A DNA stretch of 64,000 bases from an uncultured delta proteobacterium. GTDB lineage: Bacteria; Myxococcota_A; Polyangia; Haliangiales; Haliangiaceae. The DNA is taken from contig CAWKDB010000010.1 of the NCBI GenBank assembly GCA_963848295.1, positions 2,464,001-2,528,000 of the forward strand, given 5' to 3'. How positions within the stretch are numbered: position 1 is the stretch's first letter; each line of letters begins with the position of its first letter. The position numbers and the translations under genes were made by a program. This document shows positions 1-9,731 of the stretch, in pieces. A model generated the notes under the pieces. It saw only the letters and a program-made list of their open reading frames with translations, did not search any database and was not told the DNA's origin.

Positions 1-313
1 CGATCTGGCCGTCTGCGAAGTCGACCGTGCGGCCACGTGCGGCCAACCGCGCGCGCTCGAGCGCGTGCCACTTGGCCGCTCGCTCGCCATACGAGAGCAC
101 GGGGATGCCCGACACGACCTCGGTCATGAACCGCTCGAGCTCACCGCGGCGACGCCCCTTGACCATGCGCTCGATGCCGAACCACATCTCGTGAACGACC
201 ACCGATGCCGTGACCAGGTCGGTCGCGTGCTTCGAGACCGCCCGCTCGACGGACGCATGAGGCCGAGGCCGGCACAGCGCCGCGAATATATTCGTGTCGA
301 GGAGGTACGTCAC
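1..313 (-). CDS. vapC: PIN-domain ribonuclease toxin (VapC family), runs off window start
   Basis: Manual translation from GTG at 313: VTYLLDTNIFAALCRP...VVVHEMWFG...DFADGQI. PIN motifs LDTN, E and D are present; lies just downstream of a Phd/YefM antitoxin. Confidence 0.9.
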   Translation of the reverse strand, partial: MTYLLDTNIFAALCRPRPHASVERAVSKHATDLVTASVVVHEMWFGIERMVKGRRRGELERFMTEVVSGIPVLSYGERAAKWHALERARLAARGRTVDFADGQI

Positions 314-317
314 GTTC

Positions 318-596
318 CTACAGGCGGGTACGACGTCCAATCGATGGATCGCGCCACGCACGCACCTCGGACGCGGTCAGCCCCTCGAAGTCCGAGGGCA
401 GGGACGCGCGCCATGCTCGTAACGCGTCGCCGAGCGCCGGACGCGCGGTGCTCAACTGGTCGAATTCGTCGCTCGATACGAGCACCGCGACCCGCTTGCC
501 CCGCCGGGTCAGCTCGATCCGTTTGCCGCGCTCGACCTCGTGCACCAACCCCGTGAGGTGATCACGAGCCTCCGCGATCGACACTCGGCGCGACAT
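318..596 (-). CDS. Phd/YefM-family antitoxin
   Basis: MSRRVSIAEARDHLTGLVHEVERGKRIELTRRGKRVAVLVS is a classic Phd/YefM N-terminus; upstream of the PIN toxin. Confidence 0.9.
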   Translation of the reverse strand: MSRRVSIAEARDHLTGLVHEVERGKRIELTRRGKRVAVLVSSDEFDQLSTARPALGDALRAWRASLPSDFEGLTASEVRAWRDPSIGRRTRL

Positions 597-603
597 GCCC
601 CCA

Positions 604-632
604 ATGATGGCCATGTCGATGGCCATCGTCAA
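604..632 (-). promoter_or_regulatory. Putative TA promoter (TTGACG-17 bp-CATCAT) overlapped by two ATGGCCAT palindromes (operator)
   Basis: Minus strand reads ttgacg atggccatcgacatggc catcat tgggggc ATG; palindromes at 607-614 and 619-626. Confidence 0.6.
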
Positions 633-642
633 GACTTCTAGA

Positions 643-1743
643 TCACTGGGTCAGCTTCGAGATCCGCTTGACGCTCGCCCACACGAGGACGACGGCGAAC
701 ACGAGGAGTGCGAGCACGTGGGTCGTCATCTCGAGCGGGCCGGCGTCGCGCAACACGATGCCGCGCATCACCGCGACCATGTGGGTCGCCGGCAGGATCT
801 GGCCGATCGCCTGGAGCAGGAACGGCATGCCTTTGATCGGGAAGATGTAGCCCGACAAGAAGATCGACGGCAGCACGAGCATCTGCGCGGTCTGCATCGC
901 CTCCATCTCGGTCTTCGCTCGGACCGAGATGAACAGGCCGAACGCGAGCAGCGCCGCGAGATAGACGACCATGATGCCGAACAGGAAGATCAGGCTGCCC
1001 TGGATCGGCACCGTGAAGCACCAGCGCATGATGATGAGAATCAACGCGGTCTCGCCGAGGCCGAGGAACATGTACGGCGCGACCTTGCCGAGCATCAGGC
1101 CGAGCGGATCGATCGGCGTGACCAACAACTGCTCCATCGTGCCGCGCTCGCGCTCGCGCACGATCGAGCCCGACGCCAAGAAGATCGCGATCATCTGCAT
1201 GAGGATCGCGACGAGGCCCGGGATGATGTAGTTCGCGGTCCGGCCCTCGGGGTTGAACAAGATGATCGGCTGGGCCTGCAACGGCATGCCGCCGCGCTCC
1301 GCTATGACTTGGAGATTCTCGTCGGCGACGACCCCGTTGATCGCGGCGAGCGCACCGGCGCTGACCGTCGAGTCCGAGCCGTCGATCAGCACGAGGATCT
1401 TGGCCGGCAGGTTGCGCGCCCGCAGGTCGTGATAGTCGGGTGGGATCACGATGCCGACTCCGGCCTTGCCCTGCGTGATCGCCTTGCGCGCCGCATCCGG
1501 GTTCGTCGTGACCTGGTCGATCTGGAACGTCTTCGTCGCGCGCAGCTTGTCCATCAGCTCGCGCGATTGCACCGAGCGATCTTGATCGACGATCACCGTC
1601 GGCACGTCGTGTACGGTCTGGTCGATGAAGCCGAACAGCAGCATCTGCATGATCGGCATCATCACGGTCACGATCAGCACGCCGCGATTGCGGCGGATGT
1701 GCAGCGTCTCCTTGCGGAACACCGCCCAGAACGACGACATCAT
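643..1743 (-). CDS. ABC-2 type transporter permease (YbhR/YbhS-like)
   Basis: Motifs [44 protein letters not shown]; multiple TM segments. Confidence 0.92.
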   Translation of the reverse strand: MMSSFWAVFRKETLHIRRNRGVLIVTVMMPIMQMLLFGFIDQTVHDVPTVIVDQDRSVQSRELMDKLRATKTFQIDQVTTNPDAARKAITQGKAGVGIVIPPDYHDLRARNLPAKILVLIDGSDSTVSAGALAAINGVVADENLQVIAERGGMPLQAQPIILFNPEGRTANYIIPGLVAILMQMIAIFLASGSIVRERERGTMEQLLVTPIDPLGLMLGKVAPYMFLGLGETALILIIMRWCFTVPIQGSLIFLFGIMVVYLAALLAFGLFISVRAKTEMEAMQTAQMLVLPSIFLSGYIFPIKGMPFLLQAIGQILPATHMVAVMRGIVLRDAGPLEMTTHVLALLVFAVVLVWASVKRISKLTQ

Positions 1744-2702
1744 TGGCCGACCTCCGGTTGCGATTCCGCCGCTTGCTCGGTCAGCGTGACGAACACGTCC
1801 TCGAGAGAGGCCGAGATGTCGCGCAGCTGCGCTTTCGGAAAGCCGGCGTCGTGCAAGCGATCGAGTAGATCGTCATCGCGCAGCGCGCGCCCGACCTCGG
1901 CATGGACCGCTTGGCCGAAGATCGTGGCGGCGGTGCAGAAGCCTTGACCGCGCAACCACGCGAGAGCCCGCGCGGTCTGCGGCGTCTCGATCTCGACCCG
2001 CCGCGTCTCCTGGTGATTGACCTGCGGCAGCTGCTTCAGTTGCTCGGGCGTGCCGCTGACGAGCAACCGCGACAAGTACAGGTAGCCGACCTCGCCGCAG
2101 CGCTCGGCTTCGTCCATGTAGTGCGTCGTGACGAGCAGCGTGATGCCCTGCGCGGCGAGATCGAACAGCAGGTCCCACAGCTCGCGGCGCGCGACCGGAT
2201 CGATGCCGGCGGTCGGCTCGTCGAGAAACACGACGCGCGGCTCGTGCATGAGCGTCGCGCCGAGCGCGAGCCGTTGCTTCCATCCGCCGGACAGCTGACC
2301 GGCGAGCCGATCGATGTACGGCTCGATATGCGTCAGATGGATCGCCGCGTCGCGCCGCTCGAGCTTCCTGGCGCCGCGCAAGCCGTACACCGAGGCGTAG
2401 AAGTCGAGGTTCTCGCGCACGGTGAGGTCCTCGTAGAGCGAGAACTTCTGGCTCATGTAGCCGATGTGACGGCGAATCTCTTCGCCGTCTTTGACGACGT
2501 CGAGCCCGAGCACGCTCGCGCTGCCCTCGGTCGGAGCGAGCAAGCCGCACAAGATCCGGATCAGCGTCGACTTGCCCGAGCCGTTCGGCCCGAGCAGACC
2601 GTAGACCTGTCCGGTCTCGACGCTGAGGCTGACGTCGCGCAGCGCCATGAAGGTGCCGAACGCGCGCGACACGTGGTTGACCGAGATCGTGTGATCACTC
2701 AC
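1740..2702 (-). CDS. ABC transporter ATP-binding protein
   Basis: Walker [10 protein letters not shown], signature LSGGWKQR, Walker B VFLDEPT, H-loop TTHYMDEAE. Confidence 0.95.
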   Translation of the reverse strand: MSDHTISVNHVSRAFGTFMALRDVSLSVETGQVYGLLGPNGSGKSTLIRILCGLLAPTEGSASVLGLDVVKDGEEIRRHIGYMSQKFSLYEDLTVRENLDFYASVYGLRGARKLERRDAAIHLTHIEPYIDRLAGQLSGGWKQRLALGATLMHEPRVVFLDEPTAGIDPVARRELWDLLFDLAAQGITLLVTTHYMDEAERCGEVGYLYLSRLLVSGTPEQLKQLPQVNHQETRRVEIETPQTARALAWLRGQGFCTAATIFGQAVHAEVGRALRDDDLLDRLHDAGFPKAQLRDISASLEDVFVTLTEQAAESQPEVGQ

Positions 2703-3846
2703 GCGGCACCTGGATGAACGCGGCCATGCCCGCCTTCAGCTTGTCGGCACCGGTCTCGATCCCGACGCGAGTCGCGAATACCTGGTCGGCGCGCTCGTCC
2801 GCGGTCTGCAAGTTGCGCGGCGAGTACTCGCCGACCGAGTTGATGTGCTCGACGACGCCGGTGAAGGCCGTGTCGCCAAACGAATCGACCGTGATCGGGA
2901 CCTTCTGGCCGACCTTGATGTGGCCGAGCTGGGTCTCGGGCACGTAGATCCGCACGAACAGCTGGCCGTCCTCGAGCAGCGTCGCGGCGGTCGCGTTCGG
3001 CGCGATGATGTCGCCCGGTCGGAGATCGAGCGCCTCGACCCGGGCCGCGCGCGGCGCGCGAATGACGAGCTCGGCGATCATCGTCTTGATCTGATCGACC
3101 TTGCCTTGCGCGGCTTCGACCTGAGCCTTGGCGGCGCGGATGTCTTCGACCCGCGGCCCGGCGGTAACGAGCTTCTCCGACGCGAGCTGCTCCGCGGTGC
3201 GCGCCGCGGCTTGCGCTTTGTCTTCGCGTCGCGCGCCGTTCTGGAGCTCGATCAGCTGCGCCTCGAGCGCGTCGCGCTGTGCGACCGCGGCCTTGAGCCC
3301 GATGTCGGCATTGTCGACCTCGGCGGGGATCGCCGCGCCCGCCGCCGCGAGCTTGTGCTGCCGCTGTGCGTCTTGCTGCGCTTTCTCGACCGCGAGCTGC
3401 TGCGCTTGCAACCGCGCCTGCGCGGCGACGATCTGCTCCGGCCGCGTGCCGGCGTTCGTCTCTTGCTGAGCCGCAACGACGGTCTCGAACCGCGCCTTGG
3501 CTTCGGCGATCTCCTCGGGCCGCGAGCCGGCTTCGAGCTTCTCGAAGTTCGCCTGCATCTGCGCGAGCTGACCCTGCGCCTGCTCGAGCTGGGCCGGCCA
3601 ATCGCCGGGCTCGATCTCGATCAGCGGCTGATCGGCGATGACGTGGTCGCCTTCATGGACGAGCACGTCCTTGACACGGCCGCCGGCGCGCGAGCCGAGG
3701 TCCATCGTGTGTGCTTCGACCGTGCCGCTCCATTCGTATGGCGCGTGGGCGAGCTGCCAGCGATGGACGCCGTACCAGCCGAGCCCACCGAGGATCAGGA
3801 CGATCGGAAGGAACCGCGCAGGCGACTTCTTGGGAGCGGGACTCAT
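2695..3846 (-). CDS. HlyD-family periplasmic adaptor (YbhG-like)
   Basis: N-terminal TM, lipoyl half-motifs ([22 protein letters not shown]), long helical hairpin, EYSPRNLQT motif. Confidence 0.92.
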   Translation of the reverse strand: MSPAPKKSPARFLPIVLILGGLGWYGVHRWQLAHAPYEWSGTVEAHTMDLGSRAGGRVKDVLVHEGDHVIADQPLIEIEPGDWPAQLEQAQGQLAQMQANFEKLEAGSRPEEIAEAKARFETVVAAQQETNAGTRPEQIVAAQARLQAQQLAVEKAQQDAQRQHKLAAAGAAIPAEVDNADIGLKAAVAQRDALEAQLIELQNGARREDKAQAAARTAEQLASEKLVTAGPRVEDIRAAKAQVEAAQGKVDQIKTMIAELVIRAPRAARVEALDLRPGDIIAPNATAATLLEDGQLFVRIYVPETQLGHIKVGQKVPITVDSFGDTAFTGVVEHINSVGEYSPRNLQTADERADQVFATRVGIETGADKLKAGMAAFIQVPRE

Positions 3847-5246
3847 CGGGTGGCCTTCGCGACGCCCGGGAACGCACCCGAAGCGCGACGCAGTTGGAGA
3901 TCAGCGAGCGACGAATCGAAGTGCGCTTGCGCGAGCGCCACTTCGGCCGAGACGAGAGAATCTTGCGCTTCCAACACGTCGAGCTGCCTGGCCGTGCCGG
4001 CATCGTACTGCGCCTTGACGAGCCGCAGGGTCTCGGTCGCGAGCGCGACGGTGTGCTGTGCCGAGGTCACGCCGCGGCGCTTCGTGCCGAGCGTGCCGAT
4101 CGCGTTCTGGATCTCGTCGCTGACCGAATCGCCGAGCAGATCGAGCCGCGCTTCGGCTTCGGCCCGCTGGGCATGCGCTTGCGAGCGTTGTGCGTCCCGC
4201 AGGCTGCCGTCGTACAGCACCCAATCGAGCTGTAGGCCGACCGCCCAGGAGTACTTGTCGCCCGAGAACCCGGCGTAGTTGAACGCTCGCAGGTTGCCGA
4301 ACGCCGACAGCGAGGGCGACCACCTCCAACCGGCTGCGCGAGCATTCGCCGCCGCCGCCGCGATCGTCTCGCGTTGCACCGCGAACTCCGGTCGCGACTT
4401 GCGCGCTTCGCCGACGAGCTCGTCGATCCCAGCCGGCGGCAGATCCGCAACCTGGGCCGGCTTCAAGACCAGCGTCTCGTGCGTACCGAGCAGCGTGCCG
4501 AGTGCGCGATACGCCTGGCCGCGCGAGTTCTCGGCTTCGGCCTGATCTTGCTCGGCGCGGACCAGCGCGGTTTCGGCGCGCGTGACGTCGACCTGATTCG
4601 CGACGTCGGCCGCGACCCGCGCCTTCGCGTTGTCGAACGTGTCCTTCGCGACCTCGACCGCGTGGCGGCGCGCGACGACGAGCTCGTCGTTACCGGCCGC
4701 CGCATAGTAGGCGACCGCGACGCCGACGAGCACGGTCGCGAGCGTGACGTCGTAGCTCGCGCCGTTCGCGCGCTGGGACAGCTTTGCCGCCGACCACGAT
4801 TCGAGCGAAGCCGGCGCGAGCAGCGGCACGGTCGCGTTGAGCCCGAAGTCGAGTTGCTCCTCTTTCTGGATCACGATCGGGGCCTCGGCCGCGAGCTGGC
4901 CGGACAGGGCCTGCTCGTATCCCGCGATCGCGCCGGCGAGCGCCGGCTCTGCGGTGGCGCCTTTGATCACGTCGGCGAGCGCGGTCGTCGGCGCGGTGAA
5001 CTGCCCCAAGTCGAGATCGACCTCTTTGTAGTTGTGCGTATACTTGCCCTGCGCCGAGACATTCGGCAGCAAACCGGCGCGGGCAATGTCGACCGTCGCT
5101 GCGGTCTGCGCGAGCCGCGCCTGCGCGACCCGGAGATCGCGGTTGTTCGCACGGGCGAGCGCGAGCGCATCATCGAGCGTCAACACCCGATCGGCATGCG
5201 CGATCGCCGGGACCGTCGCCAAGCCGAGGGCCAGCAGGAATCTCAT
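3843..5246 (-). CDS. TolC-family outer membrane efflux protein
   Basis: Signal peptide, LTLDDALALARANN, C-terminal YDAGTARQLDVLEAQ; first gene of the TolC-HlyD-ABC operon, coupled by overlapping stop/start codons. Confidence 0.92.
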   Translation of the reverse strand: MRFLLALGLATVPAIAHADRVLTLDDALALARANNRDLRVAQARLAQTAATVDIARAGLLPNVSAQGKYTHNYKEVDLDLGQFTAPTTALADVIKGATAEPALAGAIAGYEQALSGQLAAEAPIVIQKEEQLDFGLNATVPLLAPASLESWSAAKLSQRANGASYDVTLATVLVGVAVAYYAAAGNDELVVARRHAVEVAKDTFDNAKARVAADVANQVDVTRAETALVRAEQDQAEAENSRGQAYRALGTLLGTHETLVLKPAQVADLPPAGIDELVGEARKSRPEFAVQRETIAAAAANARAAGWRWSPSLSAFGNLRAFNYAGFSGDKYSWAVGLQLDWVLYDGSLRDAQRSQAHAQRAEAEARLDLLGDSVSDEIQNAIGTLGTKRRGVTSAQHTVALATETLRLVKAQYDAGTARQLDVLEAQDSLVSAEVALAQAHFDSSLADLQLRRASGAFPGVAKATR

Positions 5247-5258
5247 AGCGCGGACGTT

Positions 5259-5274
5259 TGCACGCCCGGTGCCA
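5259..5274 (-). promoter_or_regulatory. Putative sigma54 (-24/-12) promoter of the efflux operon
   Basis: Minus strand TGGCACCGGGCGTGCA fits TGGCAC-N5-nTGCA; 12 nt separate it from the ATG at 5246. Confidence 0.65.
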
Positions 5275-5375
5275 CGAAGCGGGCTTTGGTCACATCGATG
5301 TTCGTGGCCGGCGTGTCGGGGCCCCTTTCAGGCTGTAAGGTTCCTCGACAGCCAAAAAGTGTTATGGACCCAGGG

Positions 5376-6461
5376 ATGCTCTCGCCGACCCCACCGACCT
5401 TGTCGATCGTGGCACCGGCGTACAACGAAGAGCGCAACTTACCCGCGTTCCTCGCGGCGATCGTGCCGATCCTGGAGCGGCTCGGCGAGACGTTCGAGAT
5501 CGTGTTCGTCGACGACGGCAGCCGTGACAACACGCTCGCGTTCCTCGCCGCCGCGGCGTCGCAAGACCGCCGGCTAAAGGTCATCGGCCTCGCCCGCAAC
5601 TTCGGCAAAGACATCGCGCTATCGGCCGGGCTCGCCGCCGCGACCGGCCGGGCCGTCATCCCGATCGATTGCGACCTGCAGCATCCGCCCGAGCTGATCC
5701 CTGCGTTCGTCGCGAAGTGGCGCGAGGGCTTCGACATGGTGATCGGCGTGCGCAGCCGGCGCGACGAGGAGAGCCCGATGCGGCGCTGGGCGTCGCGGAC
5801 CTACTACAAGGTCATGCGGATGATGACGAGCGTCGAGATTCCGCCGAACGCCGGGGACTTCCGGCTGATCGATCGCAAGATCGTCGACGTCATCGCGCAG
5901 ATGCCGGAGCGCCACCGGTTCATGAAGGGCATCTTCGCGTGGCCCGGGTTTCGCGTCGCGTCGATCGATTTCCAAGCGAACGTGCGCGCGAACGAGACCC
6001 GCAGCTCGTGGAGCTTTTTCCGGCTGTGGCGATTCGCGCTCGACGGGTTGTTCTCGTTCTCGACCGCGCCGCTCAAGCTGTGGACGTACGTCGGCGCGCT
6101 GTCCGCGTTCGGCGCGTTCGTCTACCTCGTGATCACGTTGGTCCAGAAGATCTTCTTCGGGATCAGCGCGCCCGGCTACGCGTCGCTGTTGATCGTGCTG
6201 CTGTTCGTCGGTGGCTTGCTGTTGATCAGCAACGGCATCCAGGGCGAGTACATCGCGCGGATCTTCGAAGAGGTCAAAGGCCGGCCGCTCTACGTCGTCG
6301 CGCGCACGTTCGGCTTCGAGCCGGTCGCCGCGGTCGCCGCGGTGTCGATCGAGCCGGTGACCGCACCGAACGCCGAGCCGCCGGCGATGGAACCAGGCAA
6401 ATTGCCGCGCCGCGAGCTGCCCAAGCCGACCAAGCCGCCGGTTCCGCGCAGCACCCCGTAG
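5376..6461 (+). CDS. GT2 polyprenol-phosphate glycosyltransferase (GtrB/YfdH-like)
   Basis: LSIVAPAYNEE, VDDGSRD, RNFGK, DCDLQHPP, GDFRLIDR and two C-terminal TMs; alternative start at 5364. Confidence 0.92.
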   Translation: MLSPTPPTLSIVAPAYNEERNLPAFLAAIVPILERLGETFEIVFVDDGSRDNTLAFLAAAASQDRRLKVIGLARNFGKDIALSAGLAAATGRAVIPIDCDLQHPPELIPAFVAKWREGFDMVIGVRSRRDEESPMRRWASRTYYKVMRMMTSVEIPPNAGDFRLIDRKIVDVIAQMPERHRFMKGIFAWPGFRVASIDFQANVRANETRSSWSFFRLWRFALDGLFSFSTAPLKLWTYVGALSAFGAFVYLVITLVQKIFFGISAPGYASLLIVLLFVGGLLLISNGIQGEYIARIFEEVKGRPLYVVARTFGFEPVAAVAAVSIEPVTAPNAEPPAMEPGKLPRRELPKPTKPPVPRSTP

Positions 6462-6465
6462 GACC

Positions 6466-8364
6466 GTGGCCGGAAAAGCTGATATCGCCGCAGCGATGCC
6501 GACGTGGCTGGGGCGCGTGCTGCGCGTGCTGTTCGCGCTCTACGTGATCGCGACGGTGATCCACATCGGCTATATCGTCGCGCACGAGCCGTTCGCGTTC
6601 GATGCCTGGAACGTCGCGGCCGACACCCACGCGCAGCCGATCACGCCGGGCCGGTTCTTCAACTACTGGCTGTTCGAGTACACGCACTCGAACCCGCGGT
6701 TCGGTCAGCCGCTGACGTACTTCGCGTACAAGCTCGATGACTTCGCGGTCATCGCGACGCCGCTCGCGTTCGTCGCGATCTCGCTCGCGGTCACCGTGCT
6801 CGGGCTCGCGCGCTGGCCGTTCCGGCGCGGCCGCGACCTCGCGCTGTGGGCGATCGCGCTCGGCTTCGCGTGGTTCGCGTATCCGCAGATCGGCAAGACG
6901 CTGTTCTGCCGCGCGTACTGCGCGAACTACGTCTACGGCGCCGCGATCCAGCTGTGGTTCCTCGTGCCGATCCGGTTCGCCCACGCGCGCGGTGGCACGG
7001 CGAGCACGGCGGCGTGCGCCGCGTACTTCGCGTTCGGCATCATCGCCGGCCTGTGCAACGAGCACACCGGCCCGACGCTCGTCGTGTACATGCTCGCATA
7101 TGCGGCGTGGATGCAGCACAAGACCGGCGCGCGCCCGACGCTGATCTGGAGTGGCGCGTTCGGCGCGGTCATCGGCTTCGCCGCGATCTTCTTCGCGCCC
7201 GGCCAAGGCGAGCGCTACGAAGGCGCGATCCAGAAGGTCTCGCTCGTCGGCCGGATGCTGAACCGCGGAATCGCCGGCAACCTCGACATCTTGCGCGAGC
7301 TCGTGCTCGCGGCGGCGCCGTTGCTCGCGTTGCTCGCGATCGCCGCGGTCATCGGTGCACGCGATCGGCCGAACGAAGGGCAGCAGCTCGCGCGCCGTCG
7401 CGCGGTGCGGTTCGTCGGCATGGCGATGTTCGCCGGCGTGACGATGGCGTGCACGATCTTCGTCTCGCCGAAGCTCGGCCCGCGGTTCTTTCTCGGTTCG
7501 ATGACGTTGCTGCTCGCCGGGTTCATCGGCGTCGCCGAGGCGATGCTGCCGACCGGACGTCGGCTCGCGCCATTCGTCGCGCTCGCGCTCGCCGCGTCCA
7601 GCTTCGCCGCGACCCATACGATCCCCCTGTTCGGCCGACTCCATCGCGAGAGTGACGCGCGCCTCGCCGCGCTCGCCGCGAGCAAGCCGGGCAGCGTGTT
7701 CGTCGCCGACGCGTTCGAGCAGGTCGAGGATTCGTGGTGGTTCCTCGGCGACGACTTCCGCGACATTCGCAAGCGCGAGATGGTCGCGACCTACTTCGAT
7801 CTCGCAGGCGTGGTGTTCCGCGCGTACGACGTCACCGCTCCGCTCGGCACCACCGGCGTCGAGTACGTGCCGCGCGCGACGCTAGATCCGCCCGGCTGTC
7901 TCGACACCGTCGGCGGGTTCGCGTTCACGTCGACGCGCGGCTACGACATCTCGGGGATGTTCGACGAGCTCCACGTCGCGATCGCGGCACTGCGCGAGCA
8001 GCTCGCCGGCCGCGCGAAGCTGGTGCAGCTCGATATGCTCGTCGAGGTCGAAGGGACGCACCCGCCGCTGCCGCGCAAGGACGTGATGGTCGCGCGCTGG
8101 CGGCCGGATCGGTTCGAAGGCTGGACGGCGCAAGTCGAGCGCAGCAAGCACTCGAAGACGCGCGTCGTCGTGTTGTCCAAAGAGCTCAAGGCCACCGACT
8201 TCGAGATCTACGCGTACGAGGTCGGCGGCGACGCCAAGGCGATCGGCGATACGCACAGCGCCGAGCTCGAGTTCGTCCCGTGGAAGACCGGTACCTACTG
8301 GGTGCTCGCGTGCCGGACCGACGAGTGCTTCGTGATCTCGGCGTCGCGCCAGGTCGGCGGATGA
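6466..8364 (+). CDS. Polytopic membrane protein, probable GT-C-type glycosyltransferase (DUF6056-like) with extra C-terminal soluble domain
   Basis: About 11 TM segments; motifs NPRFGQ, CNEHTGPT, SPKLGPR shared with the next gene; follows the GtrB-like gene. Confidence 0.65.
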   Translation: MAGKADIAAAMPTWLGRVLRVLFALYVIATVIHIGYIVAHEPFAFDAWNVAADTHAQPITPGRFFNYWLFEYTHSNPRFGQPLTYFAYKLDDFAVIATPLAFVAISLAVTVLGLARWPFRRGRDLALWAIALGFAWFAYPQIGKTLFCRAYCANYVYGAAIQLWFLVPIRFAHARGGTASTAACAAYFAFGIIAGLCNEHTGPTLVVYMLAYAAWMQHKTGARPTLIWSGAFGAVIGFAAIFFAPGQGERYEGAIQKVSLVGRMLNRGIAGNLDILRELVLAAAPLLALLAIAAVIGARDRPNEGQQLARRRAVRFVGMAMFAGVTMACTIFVSPKLGPRFFLGSMTLLLAGFIGVAEAMLPTGRRLAPFVALALAASSFAATHTIPLFGRLHRESDARLAALAASKPGSVFVADAFEQVEDSWWFLGDDFRDIRKREMVATYFDLAGVVFRAYDVTAPLGTTGVEYVPRATLDPPGCLDTVGGFAFTSTRGYDISGMFDELHVAIAALREQLAGRAKLVQLDMLVEVEGTHPPLPRKDVMVARWRPDRFEGWTAQVERSKHSKTRVVVLSKELKATDFEIYAYEVGGDAKAIGDTHSAELEFVPWKTGTYWVLACRTDECFVISASRQVGG

Positions 8365-9722
8365 CGATGCCGCGGTCGTCGCGCGCTGCGATCGCGGTGT
8401 GGGCGGCGCTCGTCGTGCCGGTCTACATGGTGTGCGTGCTGTGCACGCACTGGGAGCCGGTGATGCTCGACGGCTGGGGGCACTTCGCGAACCACCGCCA
8501 CAACGACGTTCACCCGTGGCTGTTCGCGAAGGCCGCTTACCTCGGCGGCAATCCACGCTTCGGCCAAGTGCTGACCTATCTGTTGTACACGCCGGGCCCG
8601 TGGCACGTGTTGATCACGCCGGTCGTCGAGCTCGGCATGTTCTACCTCCTCGCGGCGCTCGCGCTCGGGCGCTGGCCGCAGCTGAGGCAGTTCGACGATG
8701 CGCTCGTGTTTGCGGCCGTGGTCATGCTCGTGCTCGCAGCTGGTCCGGCGTTCGGACAGATGCTGTTCTACCGGCCGTACACCGGAAACTATCTCTACGG
8801 GCTCGTGATCACGCTCGCGTTGCTCCTCCCATATCGGTTTTTCGCCGAGCGTGCGAGACCGCGGCGGTCGTGGCCCGTCGAGATCGTGCTCGCGAGCGCG
8901 ATGCTCGTGCTCGGGCTCGTCACCGGCATGTGCAACGAGCACACCGGCCCGACCGTACTCGCGATCATCGGCTTCGCGATCGTGGCGTTCGTGCGGCGCG
9001 GCGACCGGTTGCGACCGTGGATGCTCGCCGGTGCGGTCGGGATGCTCGCCGGAGGGCTCGCCCTGTACTTCGCGCCCGGTCAAGACATTCGCTATAGCGG
9101 GCTCGCCAAGCAACCGCTGCTCGACGTGATCGGCGATCGCGGCATCGGCGGCAACCTCCGGGTCGTGTTCGGGACATTCGGCTACGCGTCGCCCGCCGCC
9201 GTGGCACTTGCGCTCGGCTGGTTCGCGCGCAGGTCGGGCGGCGCCGAGCCGATATCGCGTCCGCGCGTCTGGACGATCTACGTCGCGCTCGCGGCGGCGA
9301 TGCTGATCTCGCTGACGCTGCTAGTCTCGCCGAAACAGGGCCCGCGGCTCCACTTCGCTCCGGTCATCGCGATCTGCGTCGCGCTCGCGAGCTGGCTCGT
9401 GCCGCAACTCCGCGTCCGATGGTCGCGGATCGTGTTCGGCGTGCTCGTCGCCGGGGTCGTGTGCTTCGTGTCCGAACGGCTGCTCGTCAGCTACGCGACG
9501 CTCGACGACGAGTTCACCGCGCGGCTCGACGCGCTCGATCACGCCCCGAAGGGCAGCGTCATCGCCTTGCCGCTGTATTCGATCGGCCGCTCGAGGTGGG
9601 TGATCGGCGATGACTTCGCGATTCGCTCGTCGCGCGAGCGCCGGGCCAGGGAGTGGGGCCTCGCGCGCATCGATGTCTCGGGACGGCAACCGACCGCAGC
9701 GGAGAGCGGCGACGAGCGGTAA
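8361..9722 (+). CDS. Second polytopic membrane protein, paralog of the previous gene (DUF6056-like)
   Basis: ATGA overlap at 8361; motifs NPRFGQ, CNEHTGPT, SPKQGPR. Confidence 0.65.
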   Translation: MTMPRSSRAAIAVWAALVVPVYMVCVLCTHWEPVMLDGWGHFANHRHNDVHPWLFAKAAYLGGNPRFGQVLTYLLYTPGPWHVLITPVVELGMFYLLAALALGRWPQLRQFDDALVFAAVVMLVLAAGPAFGQMLFYRPYTGNYLYGLVITLALLLPYRFFAERARPRRSWPVEIVLASAMLVLGLVTGMCNEHTGPTVLAIIGFAIVAFVRRGDRLRPWMLAGAVGMLAGGLALYFAPGQDIRYSGLAKQPLLDVIGDRGIGGNLRVVFGTFGYASPAAVALALGWFARRSGGAEPISRPRVWTIYVALAAAMLISLTLLVSPKQGPRLHFAPVIAICVALASWLVPQLRVRWSRIVFGVLVAGVVCFVSERLLVSYATLDDEFTARLDALDHAPKGSVIALPLYSIGRSRWVIGDDFAIRSSRERRAREWGLARIDVSGRQPTAAESGDER

Positions 9723-9731
9723 GATAACGCG

